NCBI GenBank assembly: GCA_010909165.1
Contig: MU008175.1
Span: 983,370 to 1,047,369, forward strand
Direction of reading: 5' to 3'
From: Anthoceros angustus
Lineage: Eukaryota; Plantae; Anthocerotophyta
Length of the DNA: 64,000 nucleotides
Below the pieces are notes generated by a model. It searched no databases and was not told the DNA's origin. It saw only the letters and a program-made list of their open reading frames with translations. Shown piece by piece: positions 1 to 12,814 of this stretch; position 1 is the first letter of the stretch, and every line of letters begins with the position of its first letter. Made by a program: the position numbers and the translations under genes.

Positions 1-1961
1 TCTCGACTCCGACTTGTCATGCCCATTTTCTGACATCGTCAAGCCTCCTCTCGCCCACAGACAGGCGTGCTTGTACCTTCGGCTTTGCCTGCTTTCCTTT
101 CCTCCAAGCGGGTCAATCGGAGATACTTACACACCAGCCATACCCAAGTGGCCTCCACCCACCGTCGAGATGCCTGTCCCTATTTGCGCAATCATCAGGC
201 ACGGGACATGATCCAGGCCCCCCAGGGACGAAAGGAGAGACACATACCGCCTGCCCCTTGTCATCTTCGTCGCTGTAACGTCCAAGAGTGGGAAACGGAT
301 CCAGGTGGAGCAGAGGGCCAACACAACCTGGATTCCCCTTGCCTACGAACTCTAGGGTATGGCATATGTGTGTAGGCAGTAAGGTGTACGTCCAGGGTGC
401 GAGTCGGGACCACCTACCCCCTCTCTGGATCCCTTACTCCCTGCTGGTACCTGCGTCGAATCCCAGGCGCTCGCTTCGAGGCACACCCGAAATGGGCTCT
501 TCCGGGACCCCACCCCCGCCCTAGTGCTGCACCAGGAGCAGCGAAAGTAGCATCAGCAGCAGCAGAAGCAGCATCAGCAGCATAAGCAACGCCTCTCGAT
601 TTTCTTCACCGGTGGGAGATGAGATCACTCTGGGCCCAGCTTGCCTCCATCCATCACTCACTCAGCTCGTGGATGCATTTATACCTGCAACGTAGGAAAA
701 GGGAACCTCCAAGTCCTTCCTCAAGGCTGCTGCTGCTCCTGCTTCTTCTTGACGTGCAGGCCTCACTCACTTCACCCATCCTCGCTCTGCCCGTGCCTGC
801 CGAATCTGAATCATACCAACTCCTCTGCAAGTCCATGTCCAAAACTGCCAGCCCTCTTCCTGGTGAAGGAGGGTTTGAAAACGACGCTCATCCCGATTCG
901 CATGCAGGGGAGCGAGGTGAAACCTGCTCCACTGCTTACTTCCTGGGGTCCTTCTCCCGCACCGCCTGGGACTTACCTACCTCCTTCGTGCTCCCCGTGT
1001 GCTGCACAACAGGGCCAACCTGGGAAGGGAACTTTGTGGACGAAGCCCTGCCTGCTTTCTCACATACATGCATAAAACATGGACGTGGACAATTCGGACC
1101 TGAGAAAGGATATTTGCACACTCATCACCCCCTTTCTTCATGTCACACCTACATCCAGCCCTTCCACTCCACATCTTTTCTCTCACAGCGAGTTCTCAGC
1201 CTCACATTCATCAATGCCAAGCAGGTATAGCTAGCAGGACACAAACCGAACAGCCCTCAGCCTCACTACTTCTGGAAGGGAATGCCAACCCTGCCTTCCA
1301 CACGGCTCACTCACGTCCCCTCAAGCCCTGTTTCGTTCAACCGAACCATCCTAGGGCCTTCAGGGCGCTTCAATATCACTTCTGCAGGTATCTGTCAACC
1401 ACTTCACTGCCTCCTCATGAAGAGTTCTGGCCCCACACCACCTTCTCTTCTACACCTTAACATCTCTCCACAGCCAAATCTAGTCTGCCATAACCGTTCT
1501 AGCTCATAACCAAAGCCCCCCATCGCAACACCATAACTGGACGAGCACCACTGCAAATCAAGACCGTAACTCCTGCACCACAAGATGGAAAGGTTATCAG
1601 GATGCACCAAGCACCTCCATGTACAAACAAGATAGAACTGCTACAAGATCATCGATGGATAACAATGTGTGAGTGAGGCAAAGTAGGGGAAACACACTTA
1701 CATTGCTCAGCCGCGCGCTCCATGCTCAGCGATCTGAGCGCCACAATTGAGTACAATACCTCCTCGTTTTAGGTCACCGGCACGAATTACGTGCATCTTC
1801 AGCTGGCTCAGCCCGACGCCTAACTCGGCAAGCTGCCGACAGGAATGTGGGCATCTGCAAAAGGTAGTGAGCTAAGAGTTTGATTTGGTGGCGTCGAAGT
1901 ACTGAGACTGTGGACTGCACTTTTCTCTCTGCTGCCGCTGCTGCACCTCGACATGGCTGGC

Positions 1962-3990
1962 CACGGCGGCGGTGGCAAGCACAGGAACCACCGTAGCCGT
2001 GGACCTGGCATGGTCGGCCCTGACCGATGCTGCGGCTGTCTCAGACTCGGCGGCCATGGAGTTGGACGAGAGGGCCTGTGCAGCCGCATGAAGCATTTGC
2101 ATCGGCAGCTGGAATTTGTGGATATTCAGGAGGAGTATATCAAGGATGAGCAGAAGAATCCCAAGTGGGAGCTGCTGCGGGCGCAAGAGGAGGTGAGGTG
2201 CATCCAGTCGGTGCCTCTGGTTACAGGCCAATTCAGCGAGATGGTGGACCAAGACAACGCCATTGTTGGCTCCACCACTGGCTTCAATTATCACTTTCGC
2301 ATCCTGAGTATCATCAACAAGGACCTGCCTGCTGAAGCCGTCCTCGTCAGTGTCGCTGCATCGCCGCTCCAATGCATTGGTTGAGGTGCTGTTTCCGGAG
2401 GCTGATTCAGCACTGCTCTCTTGGCTCAATCCAAGAAGCCCGATGTCACGTGTAGGCTGCAAGTTGTATTCCATCATTGCTGTAGTAGCGAGAGTGGGCT
2501 GAATCAGGTGTGGAAGTTTGGGATTCATACGAGAGCCATTTTGAGGGGTATGGGCAATGCTGTTCTGAGGATAAGATTGGTGGATGTGACACCCAAAAGC
2601 AAGAGGGTCGGGAGGCAGTGGAATTGCGTGTGACTCACCCATGAGGTAACTATTGATTCAATGCAAGAAGCCCGATGTCATGTATGCGGTATTCTGCAAC
2701 TCGTATTCCATCCTTGATGTGATAACGAGAGTTGGAATGTGAATCAGGTGTTGAAGTTTTGGAATTCATACGAGAGCCATTCGAGGGGTATGGGCAGTGC
2801 TGTTCTGAGCATAAGATTGGTGGATGTGACACCCGAAAGCAAGAAATTCAGGAGGCAAGTGGAATTGCCTGTTACTCGCCCACGAGTTTACTATACGAGC
2901 AGAGCGGAACCATCACGGGGTGTTCTCTTGTATGGACCACGAGGCACTGGAAAGACCATGCTAGCCAAAGCATCATTCGACCTCACTATTTATGCATGTG
3001 GTTGGGTCTGATTGTTCAGGAGTACCTGGGTGACTTAGGCATGTTTTCTCAGAAGTTTTGAGATTCTAGTCTGAGGGGCAGGGAATAGATGCAGCCTACT
3101 CAGTTCTGTTTCAAGTAATGAGGAAAAAGCTTCTTGGACATCGTAACGGCCAATGATGGTGCGGGACTTGTTTAGACTGGCATGGAAAAATGCTCCAGCT
3201 ACCATCTTCATTCACGAAATCGGTGGCACAGCATATCACGGTTTGATGCTCAAACTGGAGGACGCAATGGATATTGGTGGAGCTTCTGAACCAGGTCTGT
3301 TCATTCTGTGTGGACCTTGCTGAAGCCGGATGCCTTTTGTGAGGTGAACTTACTCTGTAATACACTCTTTTGCCGATGGACGGGTTTGACCAAAGCGTGA
3401 ACGTGAAAGTGGTGATCGCAACAAGCAGAGCAGACACTCTCAACCCAGCTTTGGTTCAGCCGGGCCGTTTGGAAAGGAAACTCGAGTTTTCTTTGCTTGA
3501 CCCGAGACGGAAAGGTTTTCAAGGTGTCTGCTCCATGTTGCCATGCTCTCTTCTTGCTATACGCCATTGGTGGACATTCCAAACGGGATCTTGCTAATGT
3601 ATGGTCCATGTCCAGGTTTGCACAGCGAAGATGATATTCAGTGATGAAGCTCAGTATGCTCTCTCTCTTTGCTGTTCGCCACTGGTGGACATACCAAATG
3701 GGATCGTGCTTATGTAAGTATGGTATTTAATTTCCACGTCCAGGTTTGCACAGCGAATATGAAGGTCAGAGATGATTGGGACGTTGTTGTTAACGGTTTT
3801 CAAGTTGTTGACAATCCTGTTGCCGGAACGTTTTGTTTTTGGGGATTATCTATGGCATCTCTGGCTCTCAGGTAGCAGCCACATGTCGAGAAGCAGGGAT
3901 GCATGCACTGTGGCAGAACGTCATGTCATTCCACCGGAATACTTCGTGGGGTGCACTAACCGAACATTGAGGAGTACGACACAGGTCTCC
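1962..3990 (+). pseudogene. RPT3: Disrupted copy of 26S proteasome AAA-ATPase subunit RPT3 (regulatory subunit 6B)
   Basis: Fragments in several frames match RPT3: [59 protein letters not shown], Walker [56 protein letters not shown]. There are multiple frameshifts and internal duplications. Confidence 0.9.
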
Positions 3991-4133
3991 ACTTGCTCAT
4001 GTAGTAAGCGTCACAAGCGCTGCAGCTAACCTTAACAAGGTTAAGGACACTGTACATGACAGGTTCAGGTCCAGATAACACTGGACTGAAAGAGGAAGGA
4101 TGGTCCACCATGTTAGACCTGTGTCATGAGTTT

Positions 4134-4460
4134 TCAGGGAAATGACTTGGATCGCCAGATATCGGCACCGTCGGGGTCGGTGAGCCCTTTCAACCCTTCG
4201 GAACAGAGCTGACTGTCACAGGCCTGCATGCAAGCCGGGCACGATGCACGCCTCCGGAGCCATGTGTCGACACAGGGCTGGTGGAATCCGTGGTCCCAGG
4301 GTAGACGGCGGACGATGCCTCCGGCTCTGATCTTGTCATAGCATACAACACAAAAGTCTTCCGGGACTCCCTCAGTCCCCACAACCTCGGTGGGCAGCTC
4401 ATGAATCATCTCTGGAGTAGCACCAGGCACAAAGTCCATCCGTGAGTCGCTGCAGCTGCC
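4134..4460 (-). pseudogene. RING-H2 finger ORF with the third zinc ligand Cys replaced by Trp (within ORF 4134-4697)
   Basis: CVVCYDKIRAGGIVRRLPWDHGFHQPCVDTWLRRRASCPAC; canonical LPCxHxFH reads LPWDHGFH. Confidence 0.6.
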
Positions 4461-5060
4461 GGACCCTCGGCCATCGGTTCGTACACAAGAGGCATCCGGC
4501 AACGGCCCATAAGTGGGCTCCGGACTTGCCCCGCGCTCTGGGCTGTTGGGAGGCGCCGGCACCGCGCCTTCGCTGGAGGACTGTCCACGGTTTGATTCCG
4601 GTTCTACTTTCTTACCCCTCCACCAGCTGCATCCTTGCACCGGACACCATTTGTTCCCCATCATCCACAGCTGCAACAACCAAGCACCAATTTGCAAATG
4701 CAGTCAGATTGGATCGAACACTTGCCTTTAACGCCAGCCACAGATGGGGAGGCCGTCGGCCTTCCGAAGACCTAGCTCCGGGACGGAGCCCTTCAGCCTT
4801 CCAATCTCACGACCCGGGTGCCCAGTAGGGCAAGCCCGCGGCTTCCCACATTACCCGTGTGAAGGGGGCGACGTAAGCCCTGCCCTAGCAGAGGCGCCAT
4901 AGCCGAGGCAATCTCCGTCTTCCGGTGACACCCGCACCTAAAAGGTGGTGGTGCAACTGCGAAGCATTCTGCAGGGCAGGCCTGTTACACACTTGACCGA
5001 CCTCAACCCTCCCCGACATAAAGCACCGGGGCCGGGCTCCATCCCCGGCAGAAGAGAGAC

Positions 5061-5441
5061 ATGCGCGCCTGATGCGCAGTTGCCGCCTTGGTGGCCCTAG
5101 CCGTGGCCGCCGGGGTATGCTGCGTCGACCCGCAGAGCTCGGTGTTGCCCGAAGGCGCAACCCTGCGGAGCAACCAGGTGCTCTCCATCGACACCGTCCC
5201 TCGCTGGATGTCGGACACGGCAGGCATGCGATCCGACTGCGTGCTGAAGCTGAACGGAGACGGCGACCTGGTGATCCGCAACAGTCACGGCTTTCCCGCA
5301 TGGTACACCGTCAACAGAGCCGATCCCTCCGACAGCCCTTCCCAGCTCGAGGTGGCCTCCGAAGCCGCGATCATCCTGGGGAAATATGTACGACGGTCGA
5401 GCGCTCGGCACTGGGAAACGCATTATCATCTGGACCTCTGA
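5061..5441 (+). pseudogene. Small secreted bulb-type (GNA/B) lectin-like gene with an in-frame TGA at codon 4
   Basis: ATG 5061 reads M-R-A-stop-C-A-V-A-A-L-V-A-L-A-V-A-A-G (signal-peptide-like). It continues SVLPEGATLRSNQVL and CVLKLNGDGDLVIRNSHG..AW, resembling the B-lectin LxLQxDGNLV motif. Confidence 0.5.
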
Positions 5442-6617
5442 CATGGTCTAGTTTTGCGTGCCCTGCGTCATTCTGACATGGCCTTTCTCCTTTCTCTCTG
5501 CCACTGCGATTTTATTTATTCATCGTGTACTTGGGCTCCGGGCGTGCTGCGCGCCCGTTGTGAGTTGTAACGCGTGAGAGACCACGCAGCAACTTGCTGT
5601 GCGCACAGACCTGCTTGTATGTCATTCATTTAATTCATCCGTGTTGGGCGCTGCTGGTTGCCCTGGCTCTCGAAGAAATATGTCCTCTCTCGTCCCAATC
5701 CCAACATGTTCTCCCTCCACAACGTCAAAGAAAGATTCCCTGGTAGTCTGGTCTGGAACTTGTTGCTGTGCTATGAAGTAGTCTACATGAATGATAGAAT
5801 AGGCCAGTGTTGGAATGTGTCGACAGGCCAAAGGTCATTTCGATGAGAGCAGAAGGCGCTCCGGTTGCGAAAAGTGGCCAGTTCGGGGATGGGCATGCCC
5901 CGATAAACAAGTAGACTGGACATGACCGAAGGTCTTTGCTCGCCTGGTTCTCGTGAAGTCAGGTACATAACTACCAGCTAGAACGGGGTCCCACATCCTG
6001 CAAATGCGGTGCATCGGACATTGAATGCAGCAGTGCGAGTGGAGGAGCACCTCCGTTGTTGGATAATTTTGGTACCCGTCGTGGTAAGCGATGAGCTGTG
6101 CCCATTAGGCAGCTGAATCGGCCACGCCTGGACTGTCAGATTCTCTGGCTCAACCACGTGCCCGGAAGCTCCAGATAATGCTGCCTGCCAGCCAGGGATG
6201 GAGGATGGAGACGCTCCTACAGCGGACCAGCGTACCAGCGTGCCGGAACAGAGCATCAAGAGAGTAAAAGGAGTAAATTCGGTGCATCTGGGCGGAGAGA
6301 GGCAAATCACAAGCCGGTAATTCGGGTCATGGGTCGCCGACCTTATTAGAGCCCACAACCCGCCAGGAAAATGGCGCGGGTAAGTCGGTGCAATCTTGAC
6401 TGTCACCGGCGCGCTTCGCCTGTCTCGGATCCGGATCCGGATCTGGACTCAGGAGCGAAGTCTTCTGGGCATGCAGCAGTTGGAGAAGCCAGACTCGCAG
6501 AGGTGGGCGGTGGGCGAAGGCGCTGCGGCCTGACCTGGTGCCCGTTTGCTACATCGGTCGGTGTGTGGGAGTGAGGGCTGATTGCGAGGAGCAGGAGGAG
6601 GAGACAGAGAGGGTGGT

Positions 6618-7979
6618 ATGGCTGCCGATTCCGCGCCTCTGCTGCCCAAGGGCAGGCGCGGGCTGCATGGCTACCCGCTGTCTTCCGTGTGGAGGACGTT
6701 CGGGAACCTGGTGATCTCGGTGGTGGGCGCCGGAGTGCTGGGCTTGCCTTACACGTACAAGGTCACCGGGTGGCTGGCCGGGACCATCGTCCTGGCCGTC
6801 ATCGCCGCCGCCGTCTTCTACGCCATGCTCCTCCTGGTGGCCAGCAGGAAGCGCATCGAGCGGGACGAGCGGAACGAGGAGGTGGAGACGTACAGCGACC
6901 TGGGCTACCACGTGTTCGGCAAGGGCGGGAAGAGCGTGGTGGACGCCCTGGTGCTGCTCAGCCAGGGAGGCTTCTGCGTCGCCTACCTCATCTTCATCGG
7001 CGAGAATCTGGCCACGGTCTTCACCGAGTCCGCCACCCCGTCGAACTCCAGCCTCCAGGCCGCGCTCTTCTCAGGTCCCATCTCTTGCATTCATTGCTGC
7101 AATGCTGGTCCGGTCTCGTGATTTGTGCTAGTGAAGGATCGGGTCTGAGAAACGCAATGTGGGTCGTGATCAGGCATCAACTGGAGGACCAAGGCCGTGT
7201 ACATCTGGATCATCTTCCCGCTGCAGGTGGCGCTGGCCTCGGTGCGGTCTCTCACCACTTTGGCTCCCTTCAGCATCTTCGCGGACGTGGTGAACGCGCT
7301 GGCCATTCTGGTGGTGCTCAAGGCGGACGTGAAGGAGATCGTGTTCGGGGAGGCCACGGTGCACGCCTTCAACGGCTTCCACACCCTGCCGTTCGCCATT
7401 GGGGTGGCCATCTACGCCTACGAGGGCTTCAGCCTCGTGCTTCCTCTGGAATCCGGGATGCATGACCGGAAGAAATTCGGCAAGGTGCTGGGAGCGGCCC
7501 TGGCTGTCGTCACTGCCGTCTACATTATTTTCGGGCTCTTCGGGTACCTGGCATTCGGGGAGCACACGGCGGACATCATCACGCTCAATCTGGGCCACGG
7601 TATTGAGACTCTGGTGGTGAAGATTTTCCTCTCCATTGCTCTCTTCTTCACCTTCCCCGTCATGATGTACCCGGTGTACGAGGTGGTGGAGAGGCGATCG
7701 ACGGAGGGCAGGCCCACCATCATCGTCAGAGCCTGCATTGTGCTCTTCGTGGTTTGGTTGGCCATCGCCGTGCCCAAATTCGGGGTCTTCCTGTCCCTTG
7801 TAGGGAGCAGTGTCTGCTGCTTTCTTTCCTTCGTCCTGCCCGCAGTCTTCCACCTGCATGTGTTCGGTAAGGATCTGAGCTGGTTGCAGCTGGGTGCCGA
7901 CTATCTCTTCATCATCTTTGGAGTTGGGTTTGGGATTGGCGGCACCATCTCCTCTGTCCTTGACTTGATCAGCAAATGA
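6618..7979 (+). CDS. Amino-acid transporter, Aa_trans family (ANT1/AVT3-like), 2 exons, ~420 aa
   Basis: Motifs RTFGNLVISVVGAGVLGLPY, TYSDLG, GVAIYAYEG and FFTFPVMMYPV. Exons 6618-7074 and 7174-7979 join in frame across a GT-AG intron. Confidence 0.93.
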
Positions 7980-8080
7980 GGGCCTCGGTGTCACAACTAA
8001 CAGGCAATTGCAGGGAGATCAAGGTTCGCTACCCCGTCGCAATGGGGAGTATTGAACCAAGGGTATTGAACAACTTCGAA

Positions 8081-8113
8081 GCAAAGAGGCCAAGGTAGCT
8101 TGGCCTCATTTGC
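8081..8113. other. Short hairpin between the convergent transporter and MAD2 3' ends
   Basis: gcaaa-gaggccaag-gtag-cttggcctc-a-tttgc. Confidence 0.4.
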
Positions 8114-8376
8114 TGAGGCATTTGTATCCTAGAGTGGATGATTTGAGTATTGTAAACTGTCACCATACATTTCGTTCTTCATCAACGCGTCTGATACTCG
8201 AACCCTGACAGGATAACGTCTATAAGACAAAACACCTACCAGAACGGGTAGAATTTTGTAGATGGACGGCTGCAATTTCCTGTACAGCATCACAGCTGCC
8301 AATCTTCGTGGCAAGCTGCTATTCATTCCATACCAATAAAAGTTACATGCACTTCTGCACTGCGAAACCAGTCTGT

Positions 8377-9817
8377 TCACTCGTCATCATCCCTTTTGTA
8401 TGCCACAAGTGCGTCCACTTTGTGCACCTGAAAGAGCCCCATAGTACGCGATTCATCAAGTTCCACCCTCATACTTCAGGTGCCACAATCACAAACCTTA
8501 GAATGAAGGCTCGTACCTTAGTGTCGAATGCACGCAACTTCACCACCTGAGGATTGTCGATCAGCCGAGCATCAGATTCTCCCCATGTCGTCGGCACCTC
8601 AGACTCAATCGATGTGTAGGCAAGCAGATCAAAAGTGCCTGAGAAGATGGAAACACGATTCTGGTAAGCATATGCTCCTGCTTTTCGTTCATGGGTTTCG
8701 TCATACCTGTTGCACATTGATGCTCCAGGAAACACTGATTGCAACGCCTTAGGTGAAGTAGGACGCAAAACTTACAAGTCTCCTCTAGAATGGGGAGGAA
8801 GGTGACGCTAGAGGTTATTTGGCGCATAATGGCTTGGATTTCTGCCATAATCTCCCTGTCTGACTTTTCCTTCTGGGAGCTGCTCAAAGGAAAGTTGAAA
8901 CAACAAAGCATCAGAGTGATTGTGTCTGCCTCCTCCTCCTGGAATCCGCTCACAGACAGCCTCAGACAACCAAGCATTCGCACATGCTGGACTGACATCC
9001 CTTTCTGACTTTTCCTTCAACAGGGAACCGCCCACAGGGAGCCCGAAATGACAAGGATCATAGATACAAGCACAGGATACGTGTCAGATGGGCATAGAGC
9101 TACGCTTGTTCACCCATTACTGGAGGCCTCCTTCTCTGTTTCGATGTTGAAATTCCACCTTTCCAAGACCTCTGAGGTTGACATGCTTTGGACCACTAGT
9201 ACAACTCGCTGCAACGCACCTGTTCCTAGCCAATCTACAAACAGGGACCAGAACCACACAGATATCAGAGGACTACTGAGGACTGATGAGAGGAGAAAAG
9301 GGTCCACATTCTTACACCTTACCGGAAAGCTGGGAAACAACGGAGTTGATGTAAGCTTTCACCTTCTCCACCTTACACTGAAGCAAAGTGAGCCCGTATT
9401 TTTTCACTCTCACAAATTCTTCCATGGGATAAAGCCCTCGCTGATACAAGATGCTGGAGTAGAATGGAGGTCTAGGTCAGTGACGAGAAACCGGTCAAGA
9501 GCGCAAAGTTGTTGACCCTGAACGCATCTTCCGTAAGAACTCACCTGTTCACAGCATAGCCTGCAAGAGAAAATCCTATTAACCGCTCATCCATATTCAC
9601 ATTCATCACTGCCTGGTCTCAGCAAGCGCAAATCCTAGCCAATGCGCCGTAATGCACACTCGTTCAGGGAAAAACCGGATACGGAGCTCCTTGAACAGAG
9701 AAGCCAAAAAACGGCATAGAGAGAGCTTGCAAAAAACTCACATAGAAACTCCCCCACAATGTCTGCCGATCCCTTTAGCTGGATGACATCTCTGCTGGCA
9801 TTCCCTGGACCTCCCAT
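8377..9817 (-). CDS. MAD2: Mitotic spindle checkpoint protein MAD2 (HORMA domain), multi-exon
   Basis: Spliced exons read MGGPGNASRDVIQLKGSADIVGEFL/CYAVNS/ILYQRGLYPMEEFVRVKKYGL/DWLGTGALQRVVLV..EVLERWNFNIET/KEKSDREIMAEIQAIMRQITSSVTFLP/FDLLAYT..VKLRAFDTK/VHKVDALVAYKRDDDE*. Confidence 0.95.
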
Positions 9818-10522
9818 GACTATACCAAGCAGCTCGCTCAATCCTCCGCAGTAAGTCGCGCGAGCCGCTGAGCCTGTTGCCAGCAAACGGAAGCGGCCGA
9901 GACTTCACACTGGCATTGCCTGCCCATGGGGTTTTGAATATCGTGCCGCCAAATCCCCAGCAGTACGCCAGCTTTTACCCAAACCACCGGTGAAGCAGAC
10001 TTGAGGACCAACGTCGGTTCCCCACTCCAGCAGTAATCCACTTTAAATATTTTTGGAGTTTTGTGGGAACAACGCTACCTACTTATCCACCATAGCAAGG
10101 TAACCGGATCTAGGCAGATCGGTGTAGATAGATATGAGAAATTTTATGGAATTTAGCTTCGGTATAGATAGTTAGATATGAGAAATAGATAGGGAGAGAT
10201 AAAATTGTGTTATGGGAGATTTTTCATTCAAGATATCTCATGCAAGGGAAACCACTATGCCTTTAAGATCACAGCCTCATTCGTCCATACTATTTTACCG
10301 CAGTCTATGTAGTTATCATATTTCAGTCCCATGACGGAAATCCGTCCTTAGTAGACTTAAATAAAATTCTTCTTCTTCTTCTTCTCTAAGATACTATTTT
10401 TCATAGATGCTCTTTAGGGGTGCTATTAATCACTACGTACTAGGGTACTATTTTTATGATGGGAGCTACATAAAATGTAAGTGTACATATAGGATCAGTC
10501 ACATACAGGAAACCATGATGCC

Positions 10523-10714
10523 TTTGTATATAAAAATAATATTATAAAAATACATGAATAATAATGAGTGATCTGGTATGTGAATAATAATAGTATGCTA
10601 AAAGATTAGCACCCTTTATCATGATGTAAGGGTGCTAATTTTTGTGCGTGTTATTTTTTAAATTATTTACATACTAGATCACATATTATTATTATTATGT
10701 TTTTCTATATACAA
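10523..10714. repeat. AT-rich foldback (imperfect ~190 bp inverted repeat)
   Basis: Core attagcaccctt/aagggtgctaat; arms gatctggtatgtgaataat/attatttacatactagatc and ttgtatata/tatatacaa. Confidence 0.7.
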
Positions 10715-10814
10715 GACTTCTTTTAGATTTTTTTTCTCAAAGTGGAATTAAATCTAGTAAATTTTAATGCATGTCAAAAGAAACACACCACACAAGAAAT
10801 AACTCTAAACTCGT

Positions 10815-11120
10815 TACACAAGAAAAAGAAGAAGAAGACTACCATAGTCCACTTCGACTAAATTTTCATGTCATGGGACTTCATACTTAACAACTTGTAT
10901 CATGGTCTGTCTAAACTACTTGCACCAAAGGCATCCACTCCCTCTAGACACCCTTTTTAAGTCTAGGGTCTGGGGTTTAGGAACTTAAAACTTATACCAT
11001 GGTTTGCCTAAGTTACTTGCACCAAGGGTACCCACTCTCTCTGGGCACCCCATCTAAGTATCGTGTTTAGGGTTTAGGCGCAGGATGCTTAAATTGGTAT
11101 TCTTATAAATGTGTGTCATT
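10815..11120. repeat. Dispersed repeat, second copy at ~42770-43000
   Basis: The shared block gtcatgggactt..tacttaacaacttgta.catggt.tg.ctaa.ctactt.cacca..ggcatcca..ccc and aaatgtgtgtc..tttgg occur at both loci. Confidence 0.75.
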
Positions 11121-12348
11121 TGGACACAAAAAATAATGCAATACACACAACAAAAAAGGTAACATAGTAATAGTCGTAACATATTCATACAAAAAACACC
11201 AAAACTGAAAAATAAAATCGCATATGTTAAAAACAACCACTGGGTCGGACCATGATGTTACGGGGCATGCCACATTATCTAATGCGAATTGTTAAGACAT
11301 GTAAAACTAAAGTAAAAGAAAACAAACTTCCAGCCTATTGCATTAATTTTGATAAAAAAGATCTGTTTTATAATCACCTAACTAGTTATACTCTATTGCT
11401 AACAAACTATTGTTGTTTTGATCTTCTTATTTTATATTATTCTTAATTAAAAACATAATTTTCACAAACAAACAACTTCTAATGTAAGAAGGAAGGTGTC
11501 ATTCTTGACATTGTCACCTTAGAATTTTGATATTGTTGAAGTGGTAGGTGATTTTCATTGGGATTTTCATGAAGGGTGCTTCTCCTGAGCCTCGGGCTCT
11601 TTAAGGGTTTGTTTCTCAATGTCTTGCTATAGATGGATCTAGACATCATCGCATATTAATTAACGTCTTCTATAGCTCGTTTGAAAGTAGGAAGGAAGCC
11701 AGCTATATATATGAAGTAGGAAACGAACTTAGGCTAACATAATTGACATAGCACAAAATCTACCATGAAATAAAAATAACGCAATAAGAATAAAAACTTC
11801 TAACCCTTCACAATATAAAGTTCGCAGTGATGTATGATCATGATTGTACCTATGTAGTTTTTAGATTTTTTTCATCTATATGATTAATTTAGCATTTGAA
11901 AGCAATAAAGCATTTGTGACCACATTCTCCAAAATCATACGTTTTGTATTTCCTCCTATAAATTTGATCATTAACATGTTCTTATGAAGAGGCATTTATT
12001 GTTGGAATGTCTAGCATTCACTTGGTTGTGAAAAAATCATACTAAATCTCGCTAAAGAGGGCACCATCATTTGCTTCTAATGTCCTTTATGTTTGTTGGA
12101 ACCCTAGAAAGTTATCGTATGAAATATTATGTTAGGGTTCTTGCAATCTTCCTATGGTGATATAGATTTAGATTAAGTTCAGAAAACAATACATGATAGT
12201 AAAGACCAAATAGCCCTTTGTATTATATTCATTGTGTACTTTTTGTGCAATATAATATCACATTGATATAAATAAATAAGAGGTAAAGCCTCACGAAAGC
12301 TAATCCTACCTTTCAGCCAAATTCATGTGGCAAGGACAGGAGTCGGCA

Positions 12349-12497
12349 CAACCTACTTTTTAGCCTCTTGCTCGAAGGCAGGGGCAACAGACAAGCCCAA
12401 GACAATCTGCATCCTAACCATCAACCTACTTTTTAGCCTCTTGCTCGAAGGCAGGGGCAACAGACAAGCCCAAGACAATCTGCATCCTAACCATCAA
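12349..12497. repeat. 73-bp perfect tandem duplication
   Basis: caacctactttttagcctcttgctcgaaggcagggg...cctaaccat occurs twice (12349, 12422). Confidence 0.9.
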
Positions 12498-12572
12498 GCT
12501 CAATCCCTTGCGCTTCTGAGATACTCATCAAATACTTGCTCAACCACGGAAGGCTCTTGCAATCTTGGGCAA

Positions 12573-12814
12573 GGATTTGTGATCTACTGTGTGATTCTTC
12601 TAGACCTGATCGCCATTCCTTCTCTTGTGAACATTCTTAGCACACCATGGGGTCTGACTGATAATATTAGTTCCAAATTGTCAGCTAATGGTAGGATTTG
12701 TGATCCACTGTCTTTTTCTTCTAGACCTGATCACCATTCCTTCTCTTGTGAACATTCTTGGCATTCCATGGGGTCTGACTGACAATATTAGTTCCAAATT
12801 GTCAGCCAATGGTA
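12573..12814. repeat. ~121-bp tandem duplication overlapping the 3' end of the RING ORF
   Basis: ggatttgtgatc...gttccaaattgtcagc.aatggta starts at 12573 and 12694. Confidence 0.85.

Noticed and set aside
1872-2642. 256-aa minus-strand ORF
   Set aside because: Antisense shadow of the RPT3 pseudogene with no domain of its own.
5599-6406. Short ORFs between the lectin and the transporter
   Set aside because: No consistent frame or family could be identified.
6689-7994. Long alternative-frame and antisense ORFs (6689-7465 +, 7170-7994 -)
   Set aside because: Expected shadows of a GC3-rich transporter CDS.
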